From positions 1,568,001 through 1,632,000 of the forward strand of contig CAWBKB010000001.1 of the NCBI GenBank assembly GCA_963789265.1: a stretch of DNA of 64,000 bases. Direction: 5' to 3'. The notes below the pieces were generated by a model, which saw nothing but the letters and a program-made list of their open reading frames with translations, was not told where the DNA came from and did not search any database. Positions 19,982 to 30,568 of this stretch are shown here, in pieces. Both the position numbers and the translations under genes were made by a program. The first letter of the stretch is position 1, and each line of letters opens with the position of its first letter. Origin of the DNA: an uncultured delta proteobacterium (GTDB lineage: Bacteria > Desulfobacterota > Desulfomonilia > Desulfomonilales > Desulfomonilaceae).

Positions 19982-20404
19982 TCAAGAAAGGGGTGGGTCT
20001 CCGATGCAACCGCGCTCCTCGCGCCGAGGCCCAATATTACCCGCGATTTGTTGTTTCGTCTGTTTTTTCTTCCGGGGTATGCACCCTACGGTTGCCCTTT
20101 TTCCGGGAGATCGTGACAGTGTTCCTCGCTCTAACGCGATCTGCCTGGCCAGGTATATCTTTGCCAAGCTCTGGTAAGGGACATCTTTCTTGTTGGCGAA
20201 TATTTTCAGCTCCGCCAGCATATCCGCAGGAAGGCGAATCGAAATCGATTTCAGAGAAGGCTTCAGATTCGGGAACAGAACCCGCCTCGCGCTGCCGGTA
20301 TCAAAGTAGTCCAGTGGAGAATGAGTGGCCCAGAACTCGCGCTCCTCGTCCTCATTCTTGAATTGAGGTATCTCGATGTCCTTTTTCTTGGCTGAACCTT
20401 TCAT
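19982..20404 (-). CDS. BrnA/CopG-like antitoxin family protein (orphan)
   Basis: IPQFKNEDEEREFWATH..FPNLKPSLKSISIRLP..LKIFANKKDVPYQSL. Confidence 0.75.
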   Translation of the reverse strand: MKGSAKKKDIEIPQFKNEDEEREFWATHSPLDYFDTGSARRVLFPNLKPSLKSISIRLPADMLAELKIFANKKDVPYQSLAKIYLARQIALERGTLSRSPGKRATVGCIPRKKKQTKQQIAGNIGPRREERGCIGDPPLS

Positions 20405-21573
20405 AGTAACCCTCTCAGCGTGCCTGCCAGTCGCTCCAGGCTGATGAGATTATGCCCTGGCAGGAAGGAGTCCACGTGTGGCAAGGCGGCTTTCATCCCT
20501 CTGCACGTCGGTTCGTACGACGGTCCGCCCAGGAGGGGATTGATCCAGATAACTCGATATGACCTGCGATGGATCTTTGCCATTTCCTTTTCCAAGAGCG
20601 AGATGTCCCCGCGATCCCACCCGTCGGAATGAATCATTACCACGGTGGAAGACCCCAACACTCCGCCTCCTCGAAAAGATGAAAACTGTTGCAAACATTG
20701 CCCGATACGTGTGCCGCCGGACCAATCGCGTATCGTGTAACTTAATTCTTTCAGGGCCTTAGAAAACGGCAAGCGCCGGAGCAATGGGGTTATTCGGTGC
20801 AAATGTGTGGCGAAGACGAAAGTTTCCACTTTAGTGGGGACAGCCTGAATTTCCTTTATGAATCGGAGAATGAATCGAAGGTACGGGTTCATTGAACCAC
20901 TGACATCGCAGAGGAAGACCAGCTTCTTGATTCGCTTTTTCGGTTTAAACCGGGGAAGCTCATAGACTTCGCCACCGTACCTTACATTTTTCCTGAGCAG
21001 CCGGCGGAAATCGAGGGGCGCTGCCGACCAGACCGGCCTTCTCCTCACCCCCGCATGCCTCATTAACGGCGCCAGGATTTCTCGGATTAGTCGTGCCATA
21101 CGAAAGTCTTCGCCCTGCGGGACCTCTTTGAAGTCTTGCTCTCGAAGGATCTCTTCAGGCGAATACATCTCGTGTGGTTTGGGCTTTGCGTTCCAGGAAT
21201 TTTGCTCCTCAGAATCCGACATGTTCTCTTCAGAGAGCACGATGCCATCGAATGCGAGGGAAGAATCCAGCTCCATACTTCCAGGTCCGGGTTTTCTCCC
21301 TCGATCCTCCTGCGGCTCTTCGAGAATTTCCCCGGCCATCCAAAATGCTGTGAAGAGCCGGTCGAACATGGCCCACTCTTCTCGCCTCACGGTGAATGTG
21401 GCTCTCAAAACGGTTTGAAAATCATGGAGATTTTCAACGCCCACGCATGAAACACCTCTGAGAGCATCCATAGCCGACGGGATGGATACAGCGAAGCCGT
21501 TCTCCTTCAAGAGACGGCCGAATGACACAACTGCACCGGCAAGAGAATCTTTTGGCATGGAAGGGCTAAGCAT
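20401..21573 (-). CDS. CoxE-like VWA domain protein
   Basis: LDFRRLLR, LCDVSGSM, WSGGTRIG, SDGWD, IWINPL motifs. Confidence 0.9.
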   Translation of the reverse strand: MLSPSMPKDSLAGAVVSFGRLLKENGFAVSIPSAMDALRGVSCVGVENLHDFQTVLRATFTVRREEWAMFDRLFTAFWMAGEILEEPQEDRGRKPGPGSMELDSSLAFDGIVLSEENMSDSEEQNSWNAKPKPHEMYSPEEILREQDFKEVPQGEDFRMARLIREILAPLMRHAGVRRRPVWSAAPLDFRRLLRKNVRYGGEVYELPRFKPKKRIKKLVFLCDVSGSMNPYLRFILRFIKEIQAVPTKVETFVFATHLHRITPLLRRLPFSKALKELSYTIRDWSGGTRIGQCLQQFSSFRGGGVLGSSTVVMIHSDGWDRGDISLLEKEMAKIHRRSYRVIWINPLLGGPSYEPTCRGMKAALPHVDSFLPGHNLISLERLAGTLRGLL

Positions 21574-21694
21574 CTTGGTTCAATCCGAATGCAAAGAATC
21601 ACCGCGGAGATCGCGAAGGACTATCTTTTCTTTCCATTCTTATCTGCCGGGGAACTATTCCTCGGGCCTTGGAGCGGTGAAGAAGATGCCGGTT

Positions 21695-21847
21695 TATAGC
21701 AGTTGTCAAAAATTTTGTCCGATTCGGAGGATAAAATCCGGGGATTGTAGGGGCGACCCCGCGGGACGCGGGACCGCCCTGGGCGAATGCCATTCGCCTC
21801 TACAACCTCCCACTAATGAAAGGACATCGTTGGTGGCAACTGCTCTA
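21695..21847. mobile_element. 153-bp MITE with TA-terminated IRs and GTAG-REP doublet cargo
   Basis: TATAGCAGTTGTCA / TGGCAACTGCTCTA ends; closely similar inverted copy at 59635-59787. Confidence 0.8.
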
Positions 21848-21949
21848 ACCGTGCACCATCTGATTTGTCCGGCGCAGTCCAAATGGTTTTCCTCCCTGTG
21901 TTCTCCGCGGGCTCTACGGTTAATCCGGCCCTCTCGCTGACCTCTCACA

Positions 21950-22858
21950 TCAACACAATGTCGCAAGTACTTCCTCGGGAAATGAATCCCTGAAATCAGG
22001 GCGGCTCCAGAGATCTTGAAAGTACAGCATGTCTTCCCGGTATTTCAAAATGCAGCCGAGAGTTTCAGTGACCGTCTTTTCATCCAGGGCAGTTCGTTCC
22101 AGGGCCAACAGGGCTGCCGCCCAGTCCAATGTTTCCGCCACCCCCGGTTTCTTGACAAAATCTTCCTGCCTTACACGTTTCATGAAGAGCGCCACCTGCA
22201 GGGCCAATTCTTCGGAGATCCCGTGAACTCGCGCCGCGATTATTTCTCGCTCCTTTTCGGGGCTTGGGTAGTCTATCCAGTGATACAGGCATCGGCGTTT
22301 CAGTGCGTCATGGATGTCGCGAGTGCGGTTGGAAGTCAGGATCACCAGGGGCCGGCGCACTGCCTTTAGTGTGCCAATTTCAGGGACGGATATTTGAAAA
22401 TCCGAAAGCACTTCCAGCAGCAGCGCCTCAAATTCCTCATCAGAGCGGTCGATCTCGTCGATCAACAAAACCGGCTCCTTATCCCGAGAGGAAAGAATGG
22501 CTTCCAAGAGGGGTCTCTTAATGAGAAAGTCTTCGGTGAAAATCGTACGTCCAAGCAACTCCCGGTCTGTGCCGCATTCCTCTCCAAGTTTAATCGCGAG
22601 AATCTGCCGCGGATAGTTCCATTCATACAGCGCATGGTTTGCGTCGAGACCCTCGTAGCACTGGAGCCGTATCAGGTCTGTTTGAAGTGCCCGGGCTATC
22701 ACCACCGCCGTTTCTGTTTTGCCGACCCCGGGTTCCCCTTCCAGGAAGAGCGGCTTCTTCAAAGACCAGGCGAGATAGAGAACTGTTGCAAGGGATCGGT
22801 CGGGAATATAGTTTTCCCTGAGCAGCACCTGTTCAACCGATTCAATTGATTGGAACAT
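21950..22858 (-). CDS. MoxR/CoxD-family AAA+ ATPase
   Basis: GEPGVGKT Walker A, RLQCYEGLD, LLIDEIDR, TSNRTR, ALKRRC. Confidence 0.92.
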   Translation of the reverse strand: MFQSIESVEQVLLRENYIPDRSLATVLYLAWSLKKPLFLEGEPGVGKTETAVVIARALQTDLIRLQCYEGLDANHALYEWNYPRQILAIKLGEECGTDRELLGRTIFTEDFLIKRPLLEAILSSRDKEPVLLIDEIDRSDEEFEALLLEVLSDFQISVPEIGTLKAVRRPLVILTSNRTRDIHDALKRRCLYHWIDYPSPEKEREIIAARVHGISEELALQVALFMKRVRQEDFVKKPGVAETLDWAAALLALERTALDEKTVTETLGCILKYREDMLYFQDLWSRPDFRDSFPEEVLATLC

Positions 22859-22940
22859 TTTTCCTTCCAGTAATACGGATTCGCGTCAGACCTCCGTGTA
22901 AGCAGCTCGAGAGCCCACCAGAGGAACACGGAACCGGCCG

Positions 22941-24143
22941 TTATACGGATACTTTTTCGATCGCTTCGGCGCAGTCGGCCATGCTCAGAGCATTTTTCAG
23001 CACCGAAGCCGCTCGGCAGATATCCTCTTCGGTGTGATCGCTCATTAGAGTGAAGCGAAGCCTTGCAGTCCCTTCAGGGACACTGGGAAATCGTATTGCA
23101 TGGGCAAAAATGCCTTGGTCTAGACAAGCTTCACTGGCACGCAGGGTATTGCGGGAGTCACCGATCCTGATGGGTATAATATGGCTCGGTCCGGAAGGGC
23201 TCGGCGTGCAGGCATTCACCCCATTGTGGAATTTCAAGGTGTTCTCCCTGAGCCGGGCTCTCCGGCGAGCCCCTTCCGGCGAGGCGATGATTTTCAGCGC
23301 AGCCAGAGCTGCACCTGCAATTCCCGGTGGCGCGGCCGTGGTGTAAACCAGCGACCGGCACTTGTTGGTAAGAAGCTCGATGAGAGAGCGGCTTCCTGCC
23401 ACATAAGCCCCGCTCGTACCCCCGGCCTTCCCCAGTGTCCCGATCTGAATCTCGGGAATGACCCCAACTTCGGAAGCGAATCCTTCTCCCTTAAGTCCTC
23501 TCACTCCGGTGGCATGAGCTTCGTCAACCATAAGCATCGCGCCCCAACGTCGGCAAAGGTAGTCTACCTCTCTTAACTGAGCACAATCGCCGTCCATCGA
23601 GAAAATCGATTCGGTAACTACTATCCTGCGGCGGAATCCCGACAAACGGAGAATACCTTCGAGCGCCGAGAGATCCAGGTGCGGGTAGATCATCACACGT
23701 GCTTTTGAAAGCCTGCACCCGTCGACAATGCTGGCATGATTCAGTTCGTCGGAGATAATAAGATCCCCTTCGCCGGCGATGGTGGAGAGAATACCCACGT
23801 TCGCTTGATAACCGCTCCCGAAAAGAAGCGCGGCCTCGGTTCCTTTCCAGCCTGCTATGAAGGACTCCAGGGCCCTGTGAATCTCCGTGTTGCCGGCAAT
23901 CAGCCGCGAAGCAGTTGCACCTGCTCCGCAATCGGCGATACACTTCGCAAAGGCCCTCATCACTTCGGGATGACCTGCCAATCCCAGATAGTTGTTGCTT
24001 GAGAAATTAATAGCGGATTTGCCGTTGACCGTGATGGTTCGGCCGGGCATACCTTCAACAACCGGCATAACTCTATATAGGTTGCTTTTTCGAAGCCCTT
24101 CCAGTTCAGATTCCCAGGGTGTATTGTGAGTCGAATGTTTCAT
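22941..24143 (-). CDS. bioF: 8-amino-7-oxononanoate synthase
   Basis: FSSNNYLGL, GATASRL, SGYQAN, NHASIVDG, SMDGD, DEAHA, GTLGKA, PSVPEGTARLR. Confidence 0.85.
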   Translation of the reverse strand: MKHSTHNTPWESELEGLRKSNLYRVMPVVEGMPGRTITVNGKSAINFSSNNYLGLAGHPEVMRAFAKCIADCGAGATASRLIAGNTEIHRALESFIAGWKGTEAALLFGSGYQANVGILSTIAGEGDLIISDELNHASIVDGCRLSKARVMIYPHLDLSALEGILRLSGFRRRIVVTESIFSMDGDCAQLREVDYLCRRWGAMLMVDEAHATGVRGLKGEGFASEVGVIPEIQIGTLGKAGGTSGAYVAGSRSLIELLTNKCRSLVYTTAAPPGIAGAALAALKIIASPEGARRRARLRENTLKFHNGVNACTPSPSGPSHIIPIRIGDSRNTLRASEACLDQGIFAHAIRFPSVPEGTARLRFTLMSDHTEEDICRAASVLKNALSMADCAEAIEKVSV

Positions 24144-24218
24144 TATAAATGTATATCCGAGGAGATCGGCCTCGGTTTCACCTGACCTTCGGAGACGCGT
24201 TTTGAGTGAGAGAATACC

Positions 24219-25064
24219 ATGAAAATCACCTTTTGGGGGACCAGAGGATCTATAGCCTCCCCGGGACCTGATACCATTGTGCATGGTGGCAATACCACGT
24301 GCCTCGAAATCGAAACTGATGCGAGCGGAACCGTCATTGTTGACGCGGGAACAGGAATCCGAAGTCTGGGGGATGTCCTCTTGGCGCGCGGTGAGCCTAT
24401 TTCAGCACATTTGTTGATGACTCATATCCACTGGGACCACGTGTGGGGATTCGCCTTCTTCGGCCCTCTCTTCCAGACCGACAGTCGAATTGTAGTAGAC
24501 GGTTCGCCTAGAGGTATGGAAGGCCTCAGACGAGTATTCAGCAGAGACTACGTCGATGGGACCTGGCCGATCAGGTTCGAAGATCTGAAGGCCCGGATTG
24601 AAGTTTCCCAGCAACTTTGCCGGGGCCCGTTGTCCTTGGACGGAATGGTGGTGGAATCCCACCACATTCAGCACCCCCAAGGTGGGATGGGGTTCAAATT
24701 CACTGAGGGGGAGCGTACATTCGTTTTCCTGACGGACAATGAACTGCTTGAAAAGCCCTCATTCGGACCAAGCTTCAAGGATTTCGTACTATTCTGCCGC
24801 AATGCAGACGTACTTGTCCACGACTGCCAATATCTTCCCGAAGAAATGGAAATCAAGCAAGGCTGGGGTCACTCCGATCTGGGCTCAGTAGTTAAGTTGG
24901 CCCTTGAGGCGGATGTCCGAAGGCTCATCCTGTTTCATCACGACCCGTGGCGAACGGACGCTGCTGTGTCTTCTATGGTGGAGCGCTGTGTAGATATGCT
25001 TGCCTCGGCCAACTCTGAAATTTCTGCAGAGGCCGCTCAGGAAGGCTCGACCTTGGAGCTATGA
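24219..25064 (+). CDS. MBL-fold metallo-hydrolase
   Basis: FWGTRGS, GGNTTC, DAGTG, THIHWDH, WGHS, LFHHDP. Confidence 0.9.
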   Translation: MKITFWGTRGSIASPGPDTIVHGGNTTCLEIETDASGTVIVDAGTGIRSLGDVLLARGEPISAHLLMTHIHWDHVWGFAFFGPLFQTDSRIVVDGSPRGMEGLRRVFSRDYVDGTWPIRFEDLKARIEVSQQLCRGPLSLDGMVVESHHIQHPQGGMGFKFTEGERTFVFLTDNELLEKPSFGPSFKDFVLFCRNADVLVHDCQYLPEEMEIKQGWGHSDLGSVVKLALEADVRRLILFHHDPWRTDAAVSSMVERCVDMLASANSEISAEAAQEGSTLEL

Positions 25065-25198
25065 ATTGGGAACCCGGATTGGCCATGGACAGAACGATGG
25101 GCATCCAGTCCGTTGGTTCTTGATGGCAGTCGAGATGCCGGGAGCCCGTGTGCAATCGACTATCAATCCGTCGTTTCGCGCGACATGCCTACCTACCA

Positions 25199-26113
25199 TT
25201 ATCCGTTATCCTTCGCATGGCGTTCCATGAATTCTTCCCATCGTTGGTCGGTAAACTCCTGGAGCCTCGAGACCTGGTCTTTGGAGATGGTTCTGAATCT
25301 AGTCTGACCCCTCACATAATCGGCAACGGCTTTTCTGCCGCGGTTCTTTGAAAGAGCCAGGGAACGCGAGGTGAGCTGAAATTTGCCGTCTCGGATCTCG
25401 TAAAGTACATGTATGCCAGTTTCAACCGCCAGTCTTCCGATTTTGACGAGATCCTTGTTCGGGAAACCCCACCCGGGAGGGCAGGGGGCATGGACTTCGA
25501 TATAACGGGATCCCTGTATATCCTTGGCAGTACGGACCTTGTCATAGAGGTCCAAGGGAAAAGCCGGTGATGCTGTCGCAACGTACGGTATGCGATGCGC
25601 TTCCACGATGCGGATCATATCCTTTTTGTTTTGGAGCTTTGTCAGGACCGGCGTTGTCGTGGTAATTGCGCCCGCAGGGCTGGCACTGGAGCGCTGGGTG
25701 CCGGTATTCATGTATCCCTCGTTGTCGTAACAGATGAAAATGAAGTTCGTGCCTCTTTCCAAAGCTCCCGACAGTGACTGAATGCCGATGTCATAAGTGC
25801 CGCCGTCACCAGCGAAGCCTACGACCGTATAACCTTCCTTGCCGGTTGCCTTGAGACCGGCGACAATGCCCGAAACCGCCGCCCCTGTGGCTGCAAAGGG
25901 GTTGTTGATGCAGATTACTTTTACGGGCGTGATCGGATAGACACCATGAAGCACTGTCATGCAGCTTGCCGGCACCGCAACTATAGTTTTATCGGCTGCC
26001 AATGCCTTTAACGTATGGCGGTAGGTCAGCATCAAGCCGCATGCCGCACACGATCTGGATCCGGGCAGTATGTATTCTTCCCTGGGTAGCTCTCTCACTG
26101 CTTTTGTGATCAT
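25199..26113 (-). CDS. porB: 2-oxoacid:ferredoxin oxidoreductase beta subunit (TPP-binding)
   Basis: CAACG, GDGGTYDIG, DNEGYMNTG, PCPPGW. Confidence 0.88.
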   Translation of the reverse strand: MITKAVRELPREEYILPGSRSCAACGLMLTYRHTLKALAADKTIVAVPASCMTVLHGVYPITPVKVICINNPFAATGAAVSGIVAGLKATGKEGYTVVGFAGDGGTYDIGIQSLSGALERGTNFIFICYDNEGYMNTGTQRSSASPAGAITTTTPVLTKLQNKKDMIRIVEAHRIPYVATASPAFPLDLYDKVRTAKDIQGSRYIEVHAPCPPGWGFPNKDLVKIGRLAVETGIHVLYEIRDGKFQLTSRSLALSKNRGRKAVADYVRGQTRFRTISKDQVSRLQEFTDQRWEEFMERHAKDNG

Positions 26114-26220
26114 GTTGGGTATCTACTTCCTGCGTTTATATGTATAAGCTGCATCCTGATTGCTGCATTTCACAAATTCGGCAATGCATCCCGGATAAAT
26201 GCGGTGGGAGAGGCATCCTG

Positions 26221-26349
26221 CCATAAGCCTTAAAATAGGCTCGCGATACTCAGATTTTCCCCCCTTTAGAAAAGGGGGACTTTGAGGGCCTATCGGACCG
26301 TCTAAGGTACCCACAACCGAGGTAACCAGCTCTAATTTGACGCCCATGG
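26221..26349. mobile_element. 129-bp MITE inserted into a REP hairpin
   Basis: Ends CCATAAGCCTTAAA / TTTGACGCCCATGG; flanks GCATCCTG and GCATCTTG; CCCCCTTT-AG-AAAAGGGGG hairpin cargo. Confidence 0.65.
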
Positions 26350-26456
26350 GCATCTTGCCTGTCCAACTAACACAGTGGCCTCGAATCCTCTATCATTGAG
26401 TTCGGACCGAGACTGCGACGCTCCAATCTTGAATTGGACGCCTCGGTCTCGAGCCC

Positions 26457-27644
26457 TCACCCCTTTACATTGATCCATCCGTAGGCGGCATCCCCGGTCA
26501 CTGTTTCCACTGCGGCCCACGCGAGCTCTTCCGGTCGAACATCGCGTCCCCCGAGCCCCGCCACAAAGGATGAAAACTTGGGCCGCAGATTACTGTCGAA
26601 GAGTGCAGCTTTCAAATCCATGGCGAGTGCTCCGCCATATCCGTAACTGATGTCCTTTTCGAACACCGCCACAGTCTCCACTCGGGTCAGCGCTCGTGCG
26701 AGGGCTTGAGCAGGGAAGGGCCGGTAGGCCCGAACGCCCACAACCCCGGTACGCAACCCCTGCTCTCTCATCGAGTCAGCCGCCAAAGTGCACTCCGATG
26801 CCAGAGATCCCATACTGACCAGGGCGTGTGTCGCATCCTCCATGCGGTACTCCCAAACCAGCCCACCCCATGCACGTCCGAATATCGACTTAAATTCACA
26901 GTCGGTGTCGGATATCAAATTTAACGATGCCACGAGGTCTTTCTGCAACCGGTACCGGAGGTCCATGTATCCGGGTCTGAGGTCCCCCTGGGGATCTTCA
27001 CGCGGCTCGCTGAGTATGAGCGGGTTGAGGTTCATATAGTTCCCTTCGGTGAGACCGGTGTCAGGCGCAAACGTGGGCAGAAATCTATCAACTTCGGACG
27101 CGGCCGGGACATCAACAGGGGTGCTGGCATGTGAAAGCACAAACCCATCATAGCAAACCATGATGGGGACAAGAGCCTGTTCTGCAATCCTGAATCCCTG
27201 GATGATTGTGTCCAGCACTTCCTGGCTGTTTCGGCAATAAAGCTGAATCCAGCCTGTGTCCCTCTGAGCTATGGAGTCTTGCTGGTCATTAAGTATAGTC
27301 CAGGGCGCCCCAACGCCGCGGTTCACGCAAGCCATCACCACAGGCACTCGGGCGCCGGCAGCCCAATGAAGCATCTCGTGCATATACAAGAGACCGTTGG
27401 CGCTGGTAGCCGTGAACACTCTCGCCCCCACCTGTGACGCAGCCACCACCGAGGCCATCGCTGAATGTTCACTTTCCACCGTCAGATACTCAGCCTTGAG
27501 CTCGCCGCGTTCCACCATGGCTGCTAGTTCCTCAGTGACCGGAGTTTGCGGGGTTATTGGATAAGCCGCGATCACCTGAACTCTGCAAAGCGAAGCTGCA
27601 AGTGCCGCGGCGGAGTTGGCGGTGATAATTCTGACGTCACTCAT
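26457..27644 (-). CDS. porA: 2-oxoacid:ferredoxin oxidoreductase alpha subunit
   Basis: AAYPITPQT, ESEHSA, TATSANGL, DGFVLSH, GLGGRD. Confidence 0.9.
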   Translation of the reverse strand: MSDVRIITANSAAALAASLCRVQVIAAYPITPQTPVTEELAAMVERGELKAEYLTVESEHSAMASVVAASQVGARVFTATSANGLLYMHEMLHWAAGARVPVVMACVNRGVGAPWTILNDQQDSIAQRDTGWIQLYCRNSQEVLDTIIQGFRIAEQALVPIMVCYDGFVLSHASTPVDVPAASEVDRFLPTFAPDTGLTEGNYMNLNPLILSEPREDPQGDLRPGYMDLRYRLQKDLVASLNLISDTDCEFKSIFGRAWGGLVWEYRMEDATHALVSMGSLASECTLAADSMREQGLRTGVVGVRAYRPFPAQALARALTRVETVAVFEKDISYGYGGALAMDLKAALFDSNLRPKFSSFVAGLGGRDVRPEELAWAAVETVTGDAAYGWINVKG

Positions 27645-27958
27645 TGGGGTTTCCCTTTGGAGCCGGCCGAGTCTACTTGGCCGGGCGTACGGCCCTCCAC
27701 CATTTTGATGGCTTTGCGGGGACATTCCTCCGCGCAGATGCCGCATCCTTTGCAGAATTCCAGATCGATCTGAAGAGGGAACTCAGAAGAAATTACTCCA
27801 TCGGGGCAGTATAACCAGCACAGGAGGCATGTGTCCTTCTTGGTACACTTTTCCTGGTCAATCTGCGGGGTATGGGACCTCCAGTCCCCTGTTTTGCCCG
27901 CTTCCCCTGTCGCCGGCTTGGAAGCTGCCACAAGGGTGTCCTTAATTTTATCGGCCAT
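27641..27958 (-). CDS. porD: 2-oxoacid:ferredoxin oxidoreductase delta subunit (4Fe-4S)
   Basis: KTGDWR..CLLCWLYCP..CKGCGICAEECP. Confidence 0.88.
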   Translation of the reverse strand: MADKIKDTLVAASKPATGEAGKTGDWRSHTPQIDQEKCTKKDTCLLCWLYCPDGVISSEFPLQIDLEFCKGCGICAEECPRKAIKMVEGRTPGQVDSAGSKGKPQ

Positions 27959-28082
27959 AACACCTCTCGAGTTTTGGGAAAAATAACGACAAGATTCCCG
28001 GCATACAGAATAATAGGCAAGCTGGAACTTGAGCGTGTTACACGAACAGATAAAGAGGCTGTCTCTTTCCGGCCTCCCTCCG

Positions 28083-28682
28083 TCATGCGCCTGCTGAAGC
28101 AGCCTGAAGATCGGGCCGAAAAATGCTTGTATTCCGGTAGGCCAGCTCCAGCGCGGCAAGATTCCGATCCAATGCAGCGCCTTTGAATTTCCGCCCCACT
28201 GCTCGTCTGATATTCTCCAGGCTAACCAGGGTCGAGGCCGAGGCAAAAGGGCCGAGAATGGACGTAGAAATCAGCACGTTCCCTTCGACGATGAGCCCGG
28301 CCTCCTGGGATGAACGGAACGCATCCGACGCTGCGACGGTAAACGATCCGAGAAATCCAAACTCTTGGGCGGCGCGGGCGGAATTGATGACGAGAAGACC
28401 ACCCTCTTTCAGGTTTGCGGTAACGTTTACCATCTCCAACAGATTATCGTCCAGGACAACAGCGATGTCGGGATTGACCACGTTTGAATAGGTGCGGATC
28501 GGTTCGGCTGCAATACGCGTGTGTACGCTTACCGGCGCTCCGCGACGCTCCGAGAAGTACGTCGGCTTCGCGCTCACCCCCTTGAACCCTTGATAGTAAG
28601 CTGCTTCAGTCAATATTTTGGCAGCGGTCACGGCTCCCTGGCCGCCCCGGCCATGCCACACGATTTCGTATGATGCTCCCAT
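28083..28682 (-). CDS. porC: 2-oxoacid:ferredoxin oxidoreductase gamma subunit
   Basis: HGRGGQGAVTA, ERRGAPV. Confidence 0.88.
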   Translation of the reverse strand: MGASYEIVWHGRGGQGAVTAAKILTEAAYYQGFKGVSAKPTYFSERRGAPVSVHTRIAAEPIRTYSNVVNPDIAVVLDDNLLEMVNVTANLKEGGLLVINSARAAQEFGFLGSFTVAASDAFRSSQEAGLIVEGNVLISTSILGPFASASTLVSLENIRRAVGRKFKGAALDRNLAALELAYRNTSIFRPDLQAASAGA

Positions 28683-28874
28683 AGACCTCTCGATCTCACG
28701 CTTCTTTTGGCGTCTTTAGATTAATTCAGTCGCGAGTATTCGTCAACAGGGAAGCGGCGGCGCCAGCCCCGCAGTTGACGACGGGGAAAAGAATCAGCTA
28801 CTATCGGCTCCACGACCCCCTTCAACTTCTCGGCACGTCAAGGAGACGTGCCTGAACATTGATTTAACGCGGTT

Positions 28875-30431
28875 ATGGGACAAAGAATGAACGTTCTACT
28901 GGTACAACCGAAGCTTCCTTACTCTTTTTGGAGTTTTGATCAGGTACTGAAACTCACGGGCCACAGGGCCCTGGTATCGCCACTTGGACTCATCACGGTT
29001 GCTGCACTGCTTCCACAAGAATGGGACTTGCGACTGATTGATAGGAATTTCCAGCAGATCACTGATGAGATGTGGAACTGGTCGGAAATAGTGATGATAT
29101 CCGGGATGATAGTGCAGAGCGAGGATTTTCTCAAGGTAACAAGGGAAGCAAAACGAAGAGCGAAAACAGTGGTGGTTGGAGGGCCTTATCCGACTTTGCT
29201 TCCTGAGGAACCCAAAGAGGCGGGAGCTGACTTTGTGGTCAAAGGAGAGGCCGAAATCGCTGTTCCTCTTTTGCTCGATGCTTTGGCCTCCGGCAAAAAA
29301 AACGCGGTGATTGAAGGGCCTTCCAAGCCGGACATGGGCATATCGCCTATACCCCGTTTCGATCTTCTACGTCTGGATGCATACGTTGCAATTGGAGTTC
29401 AGACTTCCCGGGGATGCCCCCATGACTGTGATTTCTGCAATGTAACCAGCATGTACGGAAGAGCGCCTCGGTACAAACAAGCCGGCCAGCTTATAGCCGA
29501 GTTGGAACTGCTCCACTCCCTGGGCGGGCACGGGGATGTGTTTATATGCGACGACAATTTTATTGGTAGTAGGAAGCATGCCCGTTTAATCCTTGAGAAG
29601 CTGATCCCGTGGAATAAGGCTCATGGCGAACCTTTCAGTTTTTGGACTCAAGCCTCGGCAAACTTGGGGCAAGATCTCGAGTTGATTGACTTGATGACCA
29701 AGGCGAACTTCAACACCGTTTTCGTAGGGATTGAATCTCCGGACGAGGAAGTTCTTGAAGGCGCGGGCAAACACCAAAATGTCAGGAATCCCTTGGCTGA
29801 GTCGATGCATAACATAAATGCGAACGGCCTTTCGATTGTGGGAAGTTTCATCGTCGGGCTGGACGGCGAGAAGGCCGGCGCCGGAGACCGGATCGTAGCC
29901 TTTGTGGAACAAAGCGGCATACCGGTGGTCATGTTGAACACCTTGCAGCCTTTACCCGGTACCCGCCTGTGGCATCGCCTGAAGGAGGAGAATCGTCTCC
30001 TGGATGAAAGAGGCAGCGGCGTTCCTACCGGGGGAGAGCTGGGTTTTATTCCCACGAGACCGGAGGCCGAAATTATTGGAGAATACAGGGACCTTACGGA
30101 TCGTCTTTACGAACCCTCAGCTTTCTTACACCGCGCCTACAAATTCTTCCTCACCATGAGACCCACTCGGAAAGCTCTGGGTACCGAGACCGAAGCGGAG
30201 CGATCTCATGGTCTGCTTGCCAAAAAGATAGCAAACAAGGAAACAGCTCGCCATCTTAAGGTGCTTCTATTCCTCGTCTGGAGGTACGGAATTGCGGGTT
30301 CGACCAGAATTCAGTTTTGGAAGCAGCTTGTAGGAATATGGAGATCGAATCCGAGCCGACTGATCCAGTATCTTGTCACCATTGCCAACGGACAGGATTT
30401 GTCCCACTTGAGAAATCACGAGTGCCGTTAA
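28875..30431 (+). CDS. B12-binding radical SAM protein (DUF4070/HpnP-like class)
   Basis: SFWSF..PLGLITVAALLP, SRGCPHDCDFC, DDNFIG, TQAS, VFVGIES. Confidence 0.88.
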   Translation: MGQRMNVLLVQPKLPYSFWSFDQVLKLTGHRALVSPLGLITVAALLPQEWDLRLIDRNFQQITDEMWNWSEIVMISGMIVQSEDFLKVTREAKRRAKTVVVGGPYPTLLPEEPKEAGADFVVKGEAEIAVPLLLDALASGKKNAVIEGPSKPDMGISPIPRFDLLRLDAYVAIGVQTSRGCPHDCDFCNVTSMYGRAPRYKQAGQLIAELELLHSLGGHGDVFICDDNFIGSRKHARLILEKLIPWNKAHGEPFSFWTQASANLGQDLELIDLMTKANFNTVFVGIESPDEEVLEGAGKHQNVRNPLAESMHNINANGLSIVGSFIVGLDGEKAGAGDRIVAFVEQSGIPVVMLNTLQPLPGTRLWHRLKEENRLLDERGSGVPTGGELGFIPTRPEAEIIGEYRDLTDRLYEPSAFLHRAYKFFLTMRPTRKALGTETEAERSHGLLAKKIANKETARHLKVLLFLVWRYGIAGSTRIQFWKQLVGIWRSNPSRLIQYLVTIANGQDLSHLRNHECR

Positions 30432-30568
30432 TTTGCATCGCCGGCGGGGGAAAGTCGCACTCCATAATTTCGGCTGCCGGCATGAAAAAACGCACTACGA
30501 CCCATCTAAAGAGAAAGACCTGCGCATCTTGCAATGAAAGCGCAAAGCACTCACACGCACACCAAACG

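Noticed and set aside
22941..24143. Serine palmitoyltransferase partnering the ceramide-synthase-like genes
   Set aside because: GATASRL and GTLGKA motifs are BioF-like rather than SPT-like (GTFSKS); only a phylogeny could overturn this
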